From positions 1-64,000 of the IMG/VR virus record IMGVR_UViG_3300022752_002570: DNA of 64,000 nt; one strand, 5' to 3'. Both the position numbers and the translations under genes were made by a program. Below, piece after piece: positions 31,201 through 39,350 of this stretch (the first letter of the stretch is position 1; every line of letters starts with the position of its first letter). This stretch comes from a virus. Below the pieces are notes generated by a model. It did not search any database, was not told where the DNA came from, and saw only the letters and a list, made by a program, of their open reading frames with translations.

Positions 31201-33163
31201 CATCGGTAATGTCATCTAACATGGTAGTAAGATGATCTCTTAATTCGGATAATGTAAAATCTTTTACAGGGCCATTAAGAGGATTATTAACCATACTTAA
31301 AGGAATTTCATAATATCCGTTTAAATTAGGCTCTTGGTCTGTAAAGATCTTAATTGCCACTGTATCATTTGCATCTAACTGATTATCTAAAGTTACAGAT
31401 GACGCGGTAGAAGAGGCAGTAAACGCACTTCTTAATAGTTGATCATTTTTATAAACTGCTATTGACGTAATAGATGCTGCCTCTATTGGAACATCTAAAG
31501 ACTTTATATAAAGAGTACTGGTTGTTTCAGATACAGTTTGTATTTCAACTATTGGCAAATGATATTCAGTTTCTTGTTGCCATACATTGAATAATTCACT
31601 TGTTTCATAATTTTTTAAATAAGTGTTAGCAACAAGTTTAGTAGAACTCTGATTATTTTCTTTAATGTTGAAAGAATCTGTCATAAAATAATTTTTAAAT
31701 AGAAAACTTCCTATGCCCGAACTATTTTGATATTTTAAAGGAAATCCTAGCACAGTATCACTGGCACCTATACCCACGTCATAGCCAAATAATCTTGTGC
31801 CTAAAAAATTAGACTGATATGTTGCAGTATTTGAATAACTTACGCCATCATTATCAAATACATCAAAAAGTGGAAACTGATTTATTGTTGTGTGCTGTTG
31901 TGCTAGTTTCCACGAATCAGATTCTGTATCAAAATACCAACTTGTACCTCCATAGGTATTTCCAAAATTAATTGACACACCTACACTGCTAGTTGTTAAA
32001 GATGTAACTGTAGTTAAAATTATTGTAGATGTTGTTCCTGTCGTATAAGAAACTTGAAAAATTTTATTTTTATTATCAGGATCAGTATTAAAAATTAATC
32101 TATTTCCTGCTTGTATCAATGTTCCGTCAATATAATATCCATAAGAACCATTTACAGTTGCAAACGCATCAGCAGTATTATTATCAATTAAATCTACATT
32201 TTCTAAACCTACTGTACCGTGATTGTACAATTTAAGATTGGGTCTGAATTCTACAATAGGTCTTTTTGCACGTTGGTTAAAATCAAACAATACTGGTGTT
32301 TGATTAATTCCTGCTGTTTTTTCAATAATGTCTTTATGAAACCACCTATTATATCTGGTCCATGAATTATAATCTTTGCTGGCTCTATTAATAGTAATGT
32401 ATTCAGGTACCAATGGTAAACGTTTTCCACCGTCAAAAGGATATTCATCTAATCCATCTGAATCAAATGTCTCGTTGTATACATCTGCTAAGCCTTCATT
32501 ATTTTCTAAATATCTTATGTCAATTAACCTTATACTGTCACCAACTCCCTCAACATAATAAGTATTTTCTCTATAGGTGCTAGGAGTTACCTGAGTACCA
32601 AATACTAATTTCATACCATTTGATAAAGTGTAATTTATTAAATTTCCTTCACCATCAGTATACTGATATGGTAAGGAGTAGGTTGGATTTCCTACGATTT
32701 CAGCATCAACATCTATGCCTAATTCATCAATTACAATAGAATCTGGTCCTTGGGGCAACCAATAATAATCAAAATAATTTACAAGTTTATCCCAATCTAT
32801 ATAAGGATCGTAAGAATAAAACTTAGACCTCATCAATTTATCTAAATTATCTGTATTAGATTGATAAGATTTTAATTCATTTAATAAATCATCAAAGGCA
32901 ATAATATCTGTTATTTCACCAGAAATATTTTTAAGTGTTAGTGCAGGTTCTAAAGAATAATTCTTTTTTGAGCCTTGAGATTCATCAATATAAACATCAA
33001 TGGTAGGATCGTAATTTGGCGTTAACTTTGATCCTACGAATCCGTCTATTCTTTCTACTTCAGGAGTTTGAATAAGATGATCTAATGTACTGGCTAAAAA
33101 TTTTTTATTTTTTTCAGTCTTTAGATATTCGGGTAAAAAATTAACTGATTTCTTTTTAGCCAC
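19205..33163 (-). CDS. giant (4652 aa) baseplate wedge/fibre-like structural protein
   Basis: Uninterrupted 14-kb ORF (GTG start) downstream of the gp6-like gene. Contains FG-GAP-like repeats, CBM5/12-like Y..G.IVRYN motifs, G.GY..AP.V repeats and an IKPYHTK wedge-like motif. Confidence 0.8.
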   Translation of the reverse strand: MAKKKSVNFLPEYLKTEKNKKFLASTLDHLIQTPEVERIDGFVGSKLTPNYDPTIDVYIDESQGSKKNYSLEPALTLKNISGEITDIIAFDDLLNELKSYQSNTDNLDKLMRSKFYSYDPYIDWDKLVNYFDYYWLPQGPDSIVIDELGIDVDAEIVGNPTYSLPYQYTDGEGNLINYTLSNGMKLVFGTQVTPSTYRENTYYVEGVGDSIRLIDIRYLENNEGLADVYNETFDSDGLDEYPFDGGKRLPLVPEYITINRASKDYNSWTRYNRWFHKDIIEKTAGINQTPVLFDFNQRAKRPIVEFRPNLKLYNHGTVGLENVDLIDNNTADAFATVNGSYGYYIDGTLIQAGNRLIFNTDPDNKNKIFQVSYTTGTTSTIILTTVTSLTTSSVGVSINFGNTYGGTSWYFDTESDSWKLAQQHTTINQFPLFDVFDNDGVSYSNTATYQSNFLGTRLFGYDVGIGASDTVLGFPLKYQNSSGIGSFLFKNYFMTDSFNIKENNQSSTKLVANTYLKNYETSELFNVWQQETEYHLPIVEIQTVSETTSTLYIKSLDVPIEAASITSIAVYKNDQLLRSAFTASSTASSVTLDNQLDANDTVAIKIFTDQEPNLNGYYEIPLSMVNNPLNGPVKDFTLSELRDHLTTMLDDITDVNYDGTNLRDVVGYTKYGTRIIVNSNPLSFASIFLGKSEHNVVDALRKVGNSYLQFKDNFLRKLLFVSADITHAEAVDQILKEINLTKDFNSAYYRSDMLGYGDNKTVKNYTVTNPAVTDYPIGIDFSLSALSFKSVLVYLNGDQLIYDTDYFINIDEVSFNLSLSVNDEIEILVYSNTLGCFVPPTPTKLGLYPKYEPEIFTDDTYIDQNVDLIRGHDGSLLVAYGDYRDDIILEFEKRIYNNIKVQYQPNIYDVRAGIPGAFRNRSLFRPSQDIVNVDFSFWAGINNVDIKTNTAFDYGNEFTYNYTQSVDKIFAEEVPSYWRGIYNYFFDTDRPHSHPWEMLGFAIKPNWWDTHYEWVDNVKRADLIDAIVQGKVSDPTESDEYNIRYARPNFASINPVDSSGNLVGPLAVVSNNADNVKILGWIYGDGAPSETAWKNSSYWPYAVNIISLLLNPADYLSALFDTSRIALNIKNQVTYTEDDLYLDPRKIILDGENNNQSSGYSIMVIEAGKLKNQNYLQSLRQDLDNLDYNLFYKLGGFTSKEKLQINIDSVDPVSTSPGLVVPYEDYNVFLNVSNPVKIASASGMIIQKQNGKFVLKGYDLEKPYFDVLLPFKEATSPALTVGGISEDFTEWSGITQNKNLKLTASETSTANASPTTRFYREGQIVRYNNRFYRSKVGHNPGSTFDSSLWYSLTTLPLKGGVTVQTSRKFSPTTTRYFYGSEIPTIQEVYDIITGYGKFLEQEGFIFDDYSTDLEQNIDWKYSAKEFLFWCTQNWADGNIITLSPFANAFKYFYDNSIVDDVKTGRFAYNLLKADGKSFPIENFSLIREDSACRIQTKNTEEGIFFVKLVLIQKEHAIVFNNTTVFNDTIYDIETGYKQRRVKLSGFRTKNWNGDFYSPGFVYDNLIITDWSSLKNYTIGDIVRYNGSYYQANKRIEPSTNFDFKKWSLLNEKPVPDLLPNFDYKINQFEDFYSLDIDNFDAGQQKLAQHLIGYTPRTYFNNIFTNPISQYKFYQGFIKDKGTKNAIDKLSKASRYLNKGEVTFTEEWAFRTGYYGGFSNYDEIEFTLPEGTTLENPYLVKFADQVPTDVGPLENYVTPNDLLLTPQDYSSSNVFPVITPESTIVPGGTFLDSPNSPGGTYNETGIILSTAGYVRLDDVTATAYNKNSLLDIAKNNQIQNRSTIWTGFLENGDWSVYRYSKNKAKVTGVYVSAPGANITFSTNLHHNLSVGDIVSIVNFNEQVNGVYIVESVPQLSQFTVQSSLTSIQNQEQLAYGNLFVFESARFTRLSDLRNKKQLFDLDEGELIWVDSGIDNRWQVYEKSNQFPVEYIRSVDSPSAQELGYTIWAADNTDKFLVAVPNFNTTATQSYGRVKVYDRIDQSITKLFEYTLNTYDIQYCNPAKPTEFGYAMAYDVGKNYLIIGAPRASNVKGLSSLEFRPTNVTFSIDILVSNSATVTSSSGEAVGSNAFIASPEEVTWNMTVGVTTSTVYSTAGTFTSATRIFDDEGLVKISSIGPYNDAEVVEAVLTNPLGQYSTSSNKVRFGHSIYINEATTSASTLLIVSAPGTEGVGNQLYVYPTSVTFAMSTGSTASVISSTSTNISTGTTGNVFAYRIRKNNGLQIGAFASGLNVLSTSSVALKVGDQWGYKVSGNSTGTYISVSAPGYKDENSSGLVQIFRFINNGIYHNQTIFSPYGTSGNFGKDQIISYTGKYLVVSAPDYRNLDTSYGSVKVYQLGTNRRYSLLQTIDNPIAGSDLRFGHSLSLNKAETKLLISGLGTNRSIEIKFDENSKSGITTFDGGTTKFKDLIPDSGTVYAYQRLGTYFVPGNEIVDTAIQEGSKYGFDVVSTNKYSYVGAPFNKLSTGTDNSMAFVFDMPEILTVKHQQPDLVDISSIERIALIDSYKEEVSEYLELIDPLKGKISGLAEQEIKYKSPSDPAIYSIGRPGNIVDDKNNWLDDHVGELWWDLSTLKYIWYEQGDDIFRKNNWGKLFPGATIDIYEWVRSDLLPSAWAAQADTNQGTSNGISGQPKYPANDVVSVKQIFNAVTGSFENVYYFWVKNKLLLPDVKNRRLSSYQVANLIADPQANGVKFVQVLSSSSVAFTNVQPLLVDNRISANMSFTYDNPIPRHTEWLLLNEGNQNSVPNALLEKKLFDSLLGEDTSGNPVPDPILSFRNRYGLGIRPQQTLFKDRVEALRNIVVFSNDVLSKEQIVGKYELDTLLLKDEIPSESEGRYDILIDSILELDSIDTSNIRQAVISCTVNNGKIDNVNVIDSGKGYIFAPVVTIKDTNTSAELVSVLDESGKIIRVDITNAGTEYATAPLLEVRPFTAILTSNPDDGGRWTVHEYNNASETWFKVSTQKFRTEDYWDYIDWSASNYNQYKIFSYVVGIPSDIALYNDTTDGTYIKINNNGNGKYVIVEKVSDNGNFTKYFNSVYVQDGTIKILDKVWNDAEAADNYDEAGLADNLYDQSNTIELRNILTALKNDLFVGDLKVNWNLLFFVAVRYALTEQKLLDWAFKTSFVNVVTDLGVLDQRPVYKLDNEQYFEDYIKEIKPYHTKIRNYNSKYNTIEFYDGNITDFDLPTVYDQTLNEYKPITILSTTSATVFTLTNTLTNVYPWKYWTDNYTYYVKEILVADGGQNYTQRPVVELITVNGDYGTGATAEAFIRAGKVYKVIVTNPGSGYVFAPVAQLTGGGAGVIPAALSVVMDNDTIRKNKIGLRFDRISKGVEITDTYVTDKFDCTGEQNSFVLTWLANPDKSTITPTIDGKLVFATDYKLEYYKEDYEGLYTKEFTRLTLLKSVPLAGQTFKVIYKKNIKLFNAVDRIEQYYSPTPGMLADNLTDLVSGLDYPLTTYEGMMFDQTAPWGTTTYDSAPWDDIVSELVTVKLLQDIDTTATTITVNTTTGITTGQSIIIGNTSTIKIRPETIVTEIDSSTNVITISSPVYDLKTVLSTDTSIGSLIEFTTKKQFRGDIKVGDVVLINGIITGGYNGQYVVSTTTNNKFYTTATQVLSSTTTQLSTPATARVLSILSTISSITSVLDKVVQSSTGTSTLQIFTYALYSQIATATVSFSSGSPSWYIASSSGTVQRAIVNISGLNPSVRTTATVTILGNTDIDFWKYNLSPDQLTVNLDGGQYTNGIKTSALGTTATDNIVQGGGWIKPVGQYYGYKLTTNVPGSTASNYADAIDRYYLRYLYRHADQVGLDYWVQTIVDGNNTLESVEANIKVSAESTQINASFNPDGLINPFRSYAPEEFVPGDTKDSLSITVYTRPERISPIMFNGVIYNIAGQETTATLQLVTDEIPAGLIVTFNGKPLSRVDNYPLPFDLDNQVYFLEGNRITIGAQTVGGRIGYSYVTASSDTGLDSQYVYVNSTSTQTATLISDMPFNGVGSVFVQLNGNQQIGPYSVGTGLGYVLEPVGNVNKRAKITVNEIAAGRNEVTAWFFRNRIDTFNRIKETYYNISTSTVSIPLDPVPFNLEPISTQVIVEKLTGNPYSPRTRLLPPDTSYYKITGNQLTFDINNNKSGAAYNNQNVKVYVNGYEIRPGFDFVVNAATETITIIQNVVAFNDVIAIMDLTDYDYVIINRILYLKNAVTSGAIKVTSFTDHDGMGLRTERFDRTHNNEYTLDMPVINENYIWVTANDKALIAGYDFYVKPDLQTIVIGNDVPMTTGSKVVIVSVNPANYDNTVIAYRLFKDIFDRQSFRRVSNFFSTKLAHPLNYYDDSIHVEDGSMLFSPNPSKNIPGVVFIDGERIEYFVKNGNELTQLRRGTFGTGTPWYSAEGTLVFDQSVKQNVYTEETVNIQNIPTTYLTLYNISTVTNTSSFSINTTTHAGSGISLLTTSTHGYVPAYVDQVDVYYGGRKLRKTELKLHYNERAYDTTSSVYYNNETTSSYDVLPPEYTIEVDTSQTLLLNISEEIVPGTQITVIQRKGRVWDISTASILVSTSTQAKFLRKGPAQLPSSYYYGGNLELTDETNAPLTEDDGDLLQGL

Positions 33164-33165
33164 AA

Positions 33166-36100
33166 TTAATTCCCAGTAGAAGTGACTATTGATGAAGTTC
33201 TTAATTGTGATGCAGTAATAGCATCAATAACTTCAATATCATTTACACTAGCACCGCTTATCAATATCTCATTTGATAAACAAGATATTTCATATAAACT
33301 TCCAAAACTACTGTCATTTTTTGGTAAAATTACAAGGTTAACTATACTAGGCGTTAACATATTCATAATATATGTGCTAAGTTCACTAAAATAAAATGAT
33401 TGACCGAAATCCCAATTGTTTAAATCAAAGAAAGAATTAATTGCCTCAATAATTTTAGTTTTTATTTCATTATCAGTAGTTACAATTTTATTGTTCCTTA
33501 CAGCCTTAAATTGTGCCTGTAAGTTAACGTCTGCTTTTTCACCAAATAATATTTTATATTTTACAGGATTAAAAACAATCTCGTCGCTTATTGCCTTAAT
33601 TGATTGTAGATACGGTTTATAATTTTGTTCTAAATCTTGCGATGTTGGAGATAGAGGAGCAGTAGAAGTTACACCTTTTAGATAGTTTCTAAAATCGTTA
33701 TCGTATCCAGTTGTTAACATGTATACATCGATTAGATTAGTTTTACTTGGATCTATTCTTCTTTCTTTTCCGCTATTGTGCAAATAATGAAACTTTAGAT
33801 CACTTCTTCCATTCCTGGCAAAGTATTGATCAGTATAAACAAATGACGCAGTTTGTGAATCAAAGTATTTTACAACATTAATATCTTCGTTATAAAAATA
33901 AAATAAATTTCCATTTACTTTATCTGTTTCTTGTACAAAACTTTCATTTGGTAACGATATAAAAATACTAGCATCTTCTAATTCATATCTTAATCCATCA
34001 GACATTTTTTTAAAATACACAAAGTTTTCTCTATACCCAGACGGACCTATTTCTGAGGGTTTTACAATACTTTCAAAAGATTCAGGATCGTCTAATTGAC
34101 CTGTATTATTAAAATCGTAAAAACTTACCTTTATCTTTTTAGGATTAACATATCCATCTATCTCTATAACAGGTGAATCAATTTGCCAAACTCTATCAAA
34201 TCCTAAACTTCCATCACCTGATGTGTTAATAGATAAGACTTCTATTTTATCTTTTATAACTTTATTTGTGACATAATCAAAATTAATAGAAGTCTCATCA
34301 ATGTGAAACGCTGTTTGTGCAACACTTTCAAATATATAGTCTAGTGTTCTATATCTCACTTTGTAATAACTACCCGTCCATGTAAAAGATATAAGCCAAC
34401 TAGAATCAAACCCCGAGTCGTCAACATTTCCTTGCTTTTCTAAACTAAAATTTTGTGTTAAATTTAAATTTGAACTTAAAATAATATCCCATGCTCTTGT
34501 AGAATTATCAATTGTAAGTCCAAAATTTTTCTGCGTCATACAAATATTTGCGATTTCATTCTCTACAGAAAATCCTAAAAGTTTAGGATATTTTGGAATT
34601 ACTTCTGCCGGTATGCTGCCTTGTGGTACTCTTGTTGAAAATATAACAGGTCCAGTTCCGTCATCTAATTGTCCTATTCCATTATTAGAGCCATCGCCGA
34701 TAACCTGTTGAACTAATGCCCAAATATACGATCTTCCACCTTGAGGAGTAGTTGTCCCTGCTTTTAAATTATTCTTTTTATCATAGTAATAACCCGACGG
34801 AGCAGTAAATTTTACTAAAGAACCAGGCACAATGTATTTCATTTCACTTTGACTAAATTCTCCTACTGCAATAGCAAGATCATTGAATGTGAAATAACCT
34901 CTAGATTGAGTTGCAACTTTATTGACTTCAGTCCATCCTATACCTAATGCACCAAGATTTGGATTAGAAAATTTTTCAATATAGAAATTTTTCATATTTG
35001 GTGAAGCAATCACGTCGCTTAAATTATTTTTAACGAATCCTAAAACCTGATTGCGGTTTGTAAATGTTAACTGTAAAAGTCCCTCTTGTTCTTCCTGATA
35101 TAATATGCCATCATCGGCAAAAATGTTTGTCTTACTGTATGCACCACTGACATCAGCAATATCAAAATATCTGCTAATACCACTTGATATTCTATTAACA
35201 CTTTTTACCTTTAGTATATCACTACCTGCATTCAAAGGCGCTATGTTATAGTCCTCACCAGTAATCATTCTATTTTGTAGATAATAATTTTGCGGGGCTT
35301 TGAGTTGTATGCTGGCATTAGATTCTGGACCGCTGCTATTAGCCACTGTATATAGCAATGAGAGAGTAAGTTGAAGTGTATGACTTTGTCCAAGACTATT
35401 AACATAGGGCAGAGCAACTATGACTCCACTAAAATTCTCAGGCTTTAATACATAGGTATTGGCATTACTCTGTCTATAAAATAATACAAAATCACCTTTT
35501 GGAAGATCGCCAAATACACCGTCACTGAAATTTAAATCTATTTGATCATTTTCTCTAGAAGTCACAGCATAAAATGTTCTAAGATCTTTACTTAGACTAT
35601 TATAAATGACATTGTTATTTTGTGAAGCAGAATTAACCTTGGTCCACAATTGACTGAAATTATTAGCATTATCTTTTTGCCACAACCAAATATCTGTATC
35701 ATTTATATTAGTTGTATTAACACCAATAATTTCATTTGGTACAGGATTGTCAACCGTAAAGTTTGCTACATTTAACTTACCTTGCCTAAAATGCACAAAA
35801 AAACCAGTATTTGCACTACCAGGACCTTGATTATCATTTTTGTAGATATAACTAAACTTGTTAGCAGGTGTAGGAGGTTCTTCATAAATGTAGTCTGTAC
35901 CTGAAAACGTGCAAGGCACGATTTCAAAATTCATTTGAACACCGTTGATATTTTTATTAAAACTGAATAAAGGTACATCTTGGTTGTCACTAGCAAACTT
36001 GTAGTTTTCAGTAGTAACGCCACTAATAACTGCTTTATCTACAGGAGTTCCAAAGTTTGAAGTAGATGCGCTATTAATAATATTAACAAATTGTTGATAC

Positions 36101-36552
36101 CATTCTGGATTGGTAGAATCATTCCAACCTATAACTGTGTTTGCTAAATTTACACCATTACTGTCAAAAACACTATCTGTGGTACTAACTGCTGTAATTT
36201 TTAAAAAACCATTTGACGGGACGTTTCTTTTAGGTGTGTAACCTATTAATTGTGCTAGACGTAAAATGCTATCACGTCGTTGCGCTGTCTCAATAAAGTT
36301 TTCTCTGGCATTTAGATCAATTCTAAAACTTAAATTTTGACCAAGAAATGCAATAAGATCTATTAGTGCAACATACTCGCTACTATCAATGTAGTCATTA
36401 AAATCTTCAGGATAGTTATCACGAAGATAACCAATCATTGTTCTCTTAAGAGTCTCAAAATCATAACTCTTAAAATCTGCGTTCTTAAAAGACTGGTATA
36501 CTTTTTGCCAATCTTCTGTAACAAATAGTTTATTAGTAGTATTCGGTATCAT
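33166..36552 (-). CDS. baseplate wedge protein, T4 gp6-like
   Basis: YDFETLK, DLIAFLG, ENFIETAQRRDSILRLAQLIGYTPKR, QNRMITGEDY. Confidence 0.85.
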   Translation of the reverse strand: MIPNTTNKLFVTEDWQKVYQSFKNADFKSYDFETLKRTMIGYLRDNYPEDFNDYIDSSEYVALIDLIAFLGQNLSFRIDLNARENFIETAQRRDSILRLAQLIGYTPKRNVPSNGFLKITAVSTTDSVFDSNGVNLANTVIGWNDSTNPEWYQQFVNIINSASTSNFGTPVDKAVISGVTTENYKFASDNQDVPLFSFNKNINGVQMNFEIVPCTFSGTDYIYEEPPTPANKFSYIYKNDNQGPGSANTGFFVHFRQGKLNVANFTVDNPVPNEIIGVNTTNINDTDIWLWQKDNANNFSQLWTKVNSASQNNNVIYNSLSKDLRTFYAVTSRENDQIDLNFSDGVFGDLPKGDFVLFYRQSNANTYVLKPENFSGVIVALPYVNSLGQSHTLQLTLSLLYTVANSSGPESNASIQLKAPQNYYLQNRMITGEDYNIAPLNAGSDILKVKSVNRISSGISRYFDIADVSGAYSKTNIFADDGILYQEEQEGLLQLTFTNRNQVLGFVKNNLSDVIASPNMKNFYIEKFSNPNLGALGIGWTEVNKVATQSRGYFTFNDLAIAVGEFSQSEMKYIVPGSLVKFTAPSGYYYDKKNNLKAGTTTPQGGRSYIWALVQQVIGDGSNNGIGQLDDGTGPVIFSTRVPQGSIPAEVIPKYPKLLGFSVENEIANICMTQKNFGLTIDNSTRAWDIILSSNLNLTQNFSLEKQGNVDDSGFDSSWLISFTWTGSYYKVRYRTLDYIFESVAQTAFHIDETSINFDYVTNKVIKDKIEVLSINTSGDGSLGFDRVWQIDSPVIEIDGYVNPKKIKVSFYDFNNTGQLDDPESFESIVKPSEIGPSGYRENFVYFKKMSDGLRYELEDASIFISLPNESFVQETDKVNGNLFYFYNEDINVVKYFDSQTASFVYTDQYFARNGRSDLKFHYLHNSGKERRIDPSKTNLIDVYMLTTGYDNDFRNYLKGVTSTAPLSPTSQDLEQNYKPYLQSIKAISDEIVFNPVKYKILFGEKADVNLQAQFKAVRNNKIVTTDNEIKTKIIEAINSFFDLNNWDFGQSFYFSELSTYIMNMLTPSIVNLVILPKNDSSFGSLYEISCLSNEILISGASVNDIEVIDAITASQLRTSSIVTSTGN

Positions 36553-36596
36553 ATCTTTATTGTACCAATATTTATTTTACAAATTATGTAGGTATT

Positions 36597-37034
36597 TTAT
36601 TGCAGTCTAAGCCCTAGTTGTTGATCAAATGCTAATTTTAATACAGATGTTTGATCAGTTTCTCTTAGGGCTAAGGTTATTTCAATAAGATAACCTTTTT
36701 CATATTCGTTTATTGCTAGTTGAGTAGGGTATACTCTAGGATCAAATGCACAGATAGTCCTAATATCAGAGATCAAAATTTCTTTTGTCTGCTGAGTCAT
36801 AGGTTCCATTAATAAATCCCATATAATTGTTCCAAAATTTGGATTCATTACACGTTCGCCCTTACGAGTATTAAAATGATTTAAAAGATTTTGTTTAATT
36901 AAATCAAAGTCGTATAATTTAGAGGAACGATTGTTAGGATTTAATGTACTAAATCCCTTATAGAAATGTGTTCGCGATACTGTAACCTCAGGTGAATAAG
37001 GAGCAGGATTAAGTTCAATATTCTTGTATGGCAT
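36597..37034 (-). CDS. baseplate wedge subunit, T4 gp25-like
   Basis: IKQNLLNHFNTRKGERVMNPNFGTIIWDLLMEP...DPRV. Confidence 0.9.
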   Translation of the reverse strand: MPYKNIELNPAPYSPEVTVSRTHFYKGFSTLNPNNRSSKLYDFDLIKQNLLNHFNTRKGERVMNPNFGTIIWDLLMEPMTQQTKEILISDIRTICAFDPRVYPTQLAINEYEKGYLIEITLALRETDQTSVLKLAFDQQLGLRLQ

Positions 37035-37041
37035 CTTATAT

Positions 37042-39348
37042 TTATTGACTGCCTGAACCAGTCTTTATTGGATTCCCACTGCTGTCTGTCACTATACCCC
37101 CTGTGCTGCTGAGTGTGGTTCCTTGTAATTGTCCAAGAAAACATTCATAGTATCCACGTTTTTTAGCCTTGATGTCTGGTGTATTATAACCAACAGCAGA
37201 ACAGGCCGCTTCAAAATATCCTGGATCTGTTTGTGATAATTTACATCTGTCTAACATATACTTTACACTGACTTCGGCGGCAACATCTGATGTGTTTAAT
37301 TTTTTAGGATCAGCAATAAGATCTTGATTAATTAATCCACCGTACTTGGCGTAATTGGCTCTACCTGTTAACTGAATATATCCTCGTCCAATGAACTTAC
37401 CACCATCTCCGGGCTGCGTATTGCCGAGCCCTTTACCTTTAGCAGTTGTTGATCCGTATAAAAATTCAGGTAGACTGTTATTAGGATTGCCTGCGTATTG
37501 TTGCGCCAATGAACGATCTCCCTTAAACACGCTAGGAAAGACCTGTAATAATCTATCTGCGCTGTAGTTAAAGTTTTCTTCAACTAACTTCCAACGGCAT
37601 TCTCCTCCTGCTATTCCTAGTAAAGCAGCCACAGCGTAGGGGCTTGTTAGGCCGTATTTTTTACAGGCCGCTTTTAGTGCTTCAATACCTGGTTGAGCAG
37701 CAGAACTATTGATGTCTTTGGCATATTCTGGACTACAGGTTCCTGCAGGTACATCAGGAGTATTAGCACTCTGTTGAGGCGCTGCACTTCCACCCTCGGC
37801 GGTATTAGGATTAGGAGGTATTCCTGCACCTGCCCTATTCTGTAGTGTAACATCTGTGGCAGCAGGACTAAACTGATTTGGATTTACATTTTCATGTTGT
37901 GGCCAAGGTTCATGAGTAGGCACACGCTGCATAATACTCTTTATAGGTGTACTGTTGTAGAAAGAACCGTTAGCCCATCCTGCACTTATTTTTCTATTTG
38001 GCAGAGAGAAGATCGGAAGGTCTGGTGGTATTTCAGCATTTGTAGCAACTTCAGGCGACGGTGCTGCTGGACCATTTAGGTGAACTTGACTACCACTGAT
38101 CAATACTTGTCCATTGGCTCCTAGACCCAACTGTCCTGCTGTGCCTAGATTAATATTTCCCTCTGCGGCAAGACTTAATGCTCCACCTGCATTTAATATT
38201 ATTTTATCAGAAGCATTAAATGACAGTGTGCCATCTATGGTAAATTTACTTGTGCCGTTTACTGTATGATCATGATTACCCATCACACTAATCTTATGGT
38301 CTTGATCTACTTTTAGAAAATGATAACCTCCAATATTCACTTCATAATTCTTTATGCTTCTTACATTGATATTTCTTCCTGCTTCAAAGTTTATGTCTCT
38401 ATCTGCTCTAAAATTAAAATCCTGTTCTGAATGTATGCTCATACTGTCATGAGCATAGATATCAATCTTACCATTACTGGTCATTTCTATCCAGGCGGTA
38501 CCCTTACTATTTGCTATATAAATTAGATCCTGACTGTTATGCATGAGTATTTGATGACCTGTTCTTGTCCTCAATCTAACTAATTCATTCTGTCCGTTGA
38601 CATCACCATCGTCCATAACAAATTGACTGCCGCCTAAACGACTTACAGGCACAGTGGTACCTGCTCCATAACCAATTTTCCCACGTCTAGCATTTGGCCT
38701 TTCGTCTAAGGGACCAGGAGTGCTTATGCCAAACACGCTACTAGGTACTTCTCTCCTAGCACTAGAACTTGTAACACCTCGTATAGTATCTAACAATAGA
38801 CCCTGTTCTAATAATCGTTCTGCGAACGGATGTACAGGTTTTGCAAATGATTCTACATTAGGATTTTCTAACTTTTTGCTGCTGATATGAAACTCACCCA
38901 CTGGTAAAAAATCTGTACCGTACTTTCTTTTTTGTTCTTCAGTCAGTGCAGTTTGTCTACTAGCAGCAATTCCGGGAACCATGTGATTCTGATAAGTATT
39001 CAACACACAACCAAACCAATAACCTTGATTAGTGTCTCCTTCTATAAAGAATACCATAACAGTAGCACCAATATCAGGAGGAATCATCCACATACCATAA
39101 CTTTTTTGCACATCATTAAAGTCGCTGCTATTATTGCCTTCATATCTTACACTGGTATTTCCTTGAAAAGGACTACAGTATCTAACTACATAAGTTTCTC
39201 CTTCAGCCTTTGTTGACCCAGGTACTCCTTTATAGAGAGCAACTTCTAACATTCCCATATAAGTAGGATCTAGGTGGTTTACCACTTCGGCAAGATAGGG
39301 CCCTGGTTTACCTAAAGGTGATCTTTTTCTAGTTTCTATAAATCTCAT
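37042..39348 (-). CDS. baseplate hub/spike protein (gp5-like) with C-terminal GH19-family lytic domain
   Basis: N-terminal OB-fold motifs (DPTYMGMLEV, YGMWMIPPDIG, GYWFG), RTRTGHQI, beta-helix repeats, VPTHEPW. C-terminal ENFNYS...GNTQPGDG..FIGRGYIQLTGRANY. Confidence 0.85.
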   Translation of the reverse strand: MRFIETRKRSPLGKPGPYLAEVVNHLDPTYMGMLEVALYKGVPGSTKAEGETYVVRYCSPFQGNTSVRYEGNNSSDFNDVQKSYGMWMIPPDIGATVMVFFIEGDTNQGYWFGCVLNTYQNHMVPGIAASRQTALTEEQKRKYGTDFLPVGEFHISSKKLENPNVESFAKPVHPFAERLLEQGLLLDTIRGVTSSSARREVPSSVFGISTPGPLDERPNARRGKIGYGAGTTVPVSRLGGSQFVMDDGDVNGQNELVRLRTRTGHQILMHNSQDLIYIANSKGTAWIEMTSNGKIDIYAHDSMSIHSEQDFNFRADRDINFEAGRNINVRSIKNYEVNIGGYHFLKVDQDHKISVMGNHDHTVNGTSKFTIDGTLSFNASDKIILNAGGALSLAAEGNINLGTAGQLGLGANGQVLISGSQVHLNGPAAPSPEVATNAEIPPDLPIFSLPNRKISAGWANGSFYNSTPIKSIMQRVPTHEPWPQHENVNPNQFSPAATDVTLQNRAGAGIPPNPNTAEGGSAAPQQSANTPDVPAGTCSPEYAKDINSSAAQPGIEALKAACKKYGLTSPYAVAALLGIAGGECRWKLVEENFNYSADRLLQVFPSVFKGDRSLAQQYAGNPNNSLPEFLYGSTTAKGKGLGNTQPGDGGKFIGRGYIQLTGRANYAKYGGLINQDLIADPKKLNTSDVAAEVSVKYMLDRCKLSQTDPGYFEAACSAVGYNTPDIKAKKRGYYECFLGQLQGTTLSSTGGIVTDSSGNPIKTGSGSQ

Positions 39349-39350
39349 TG

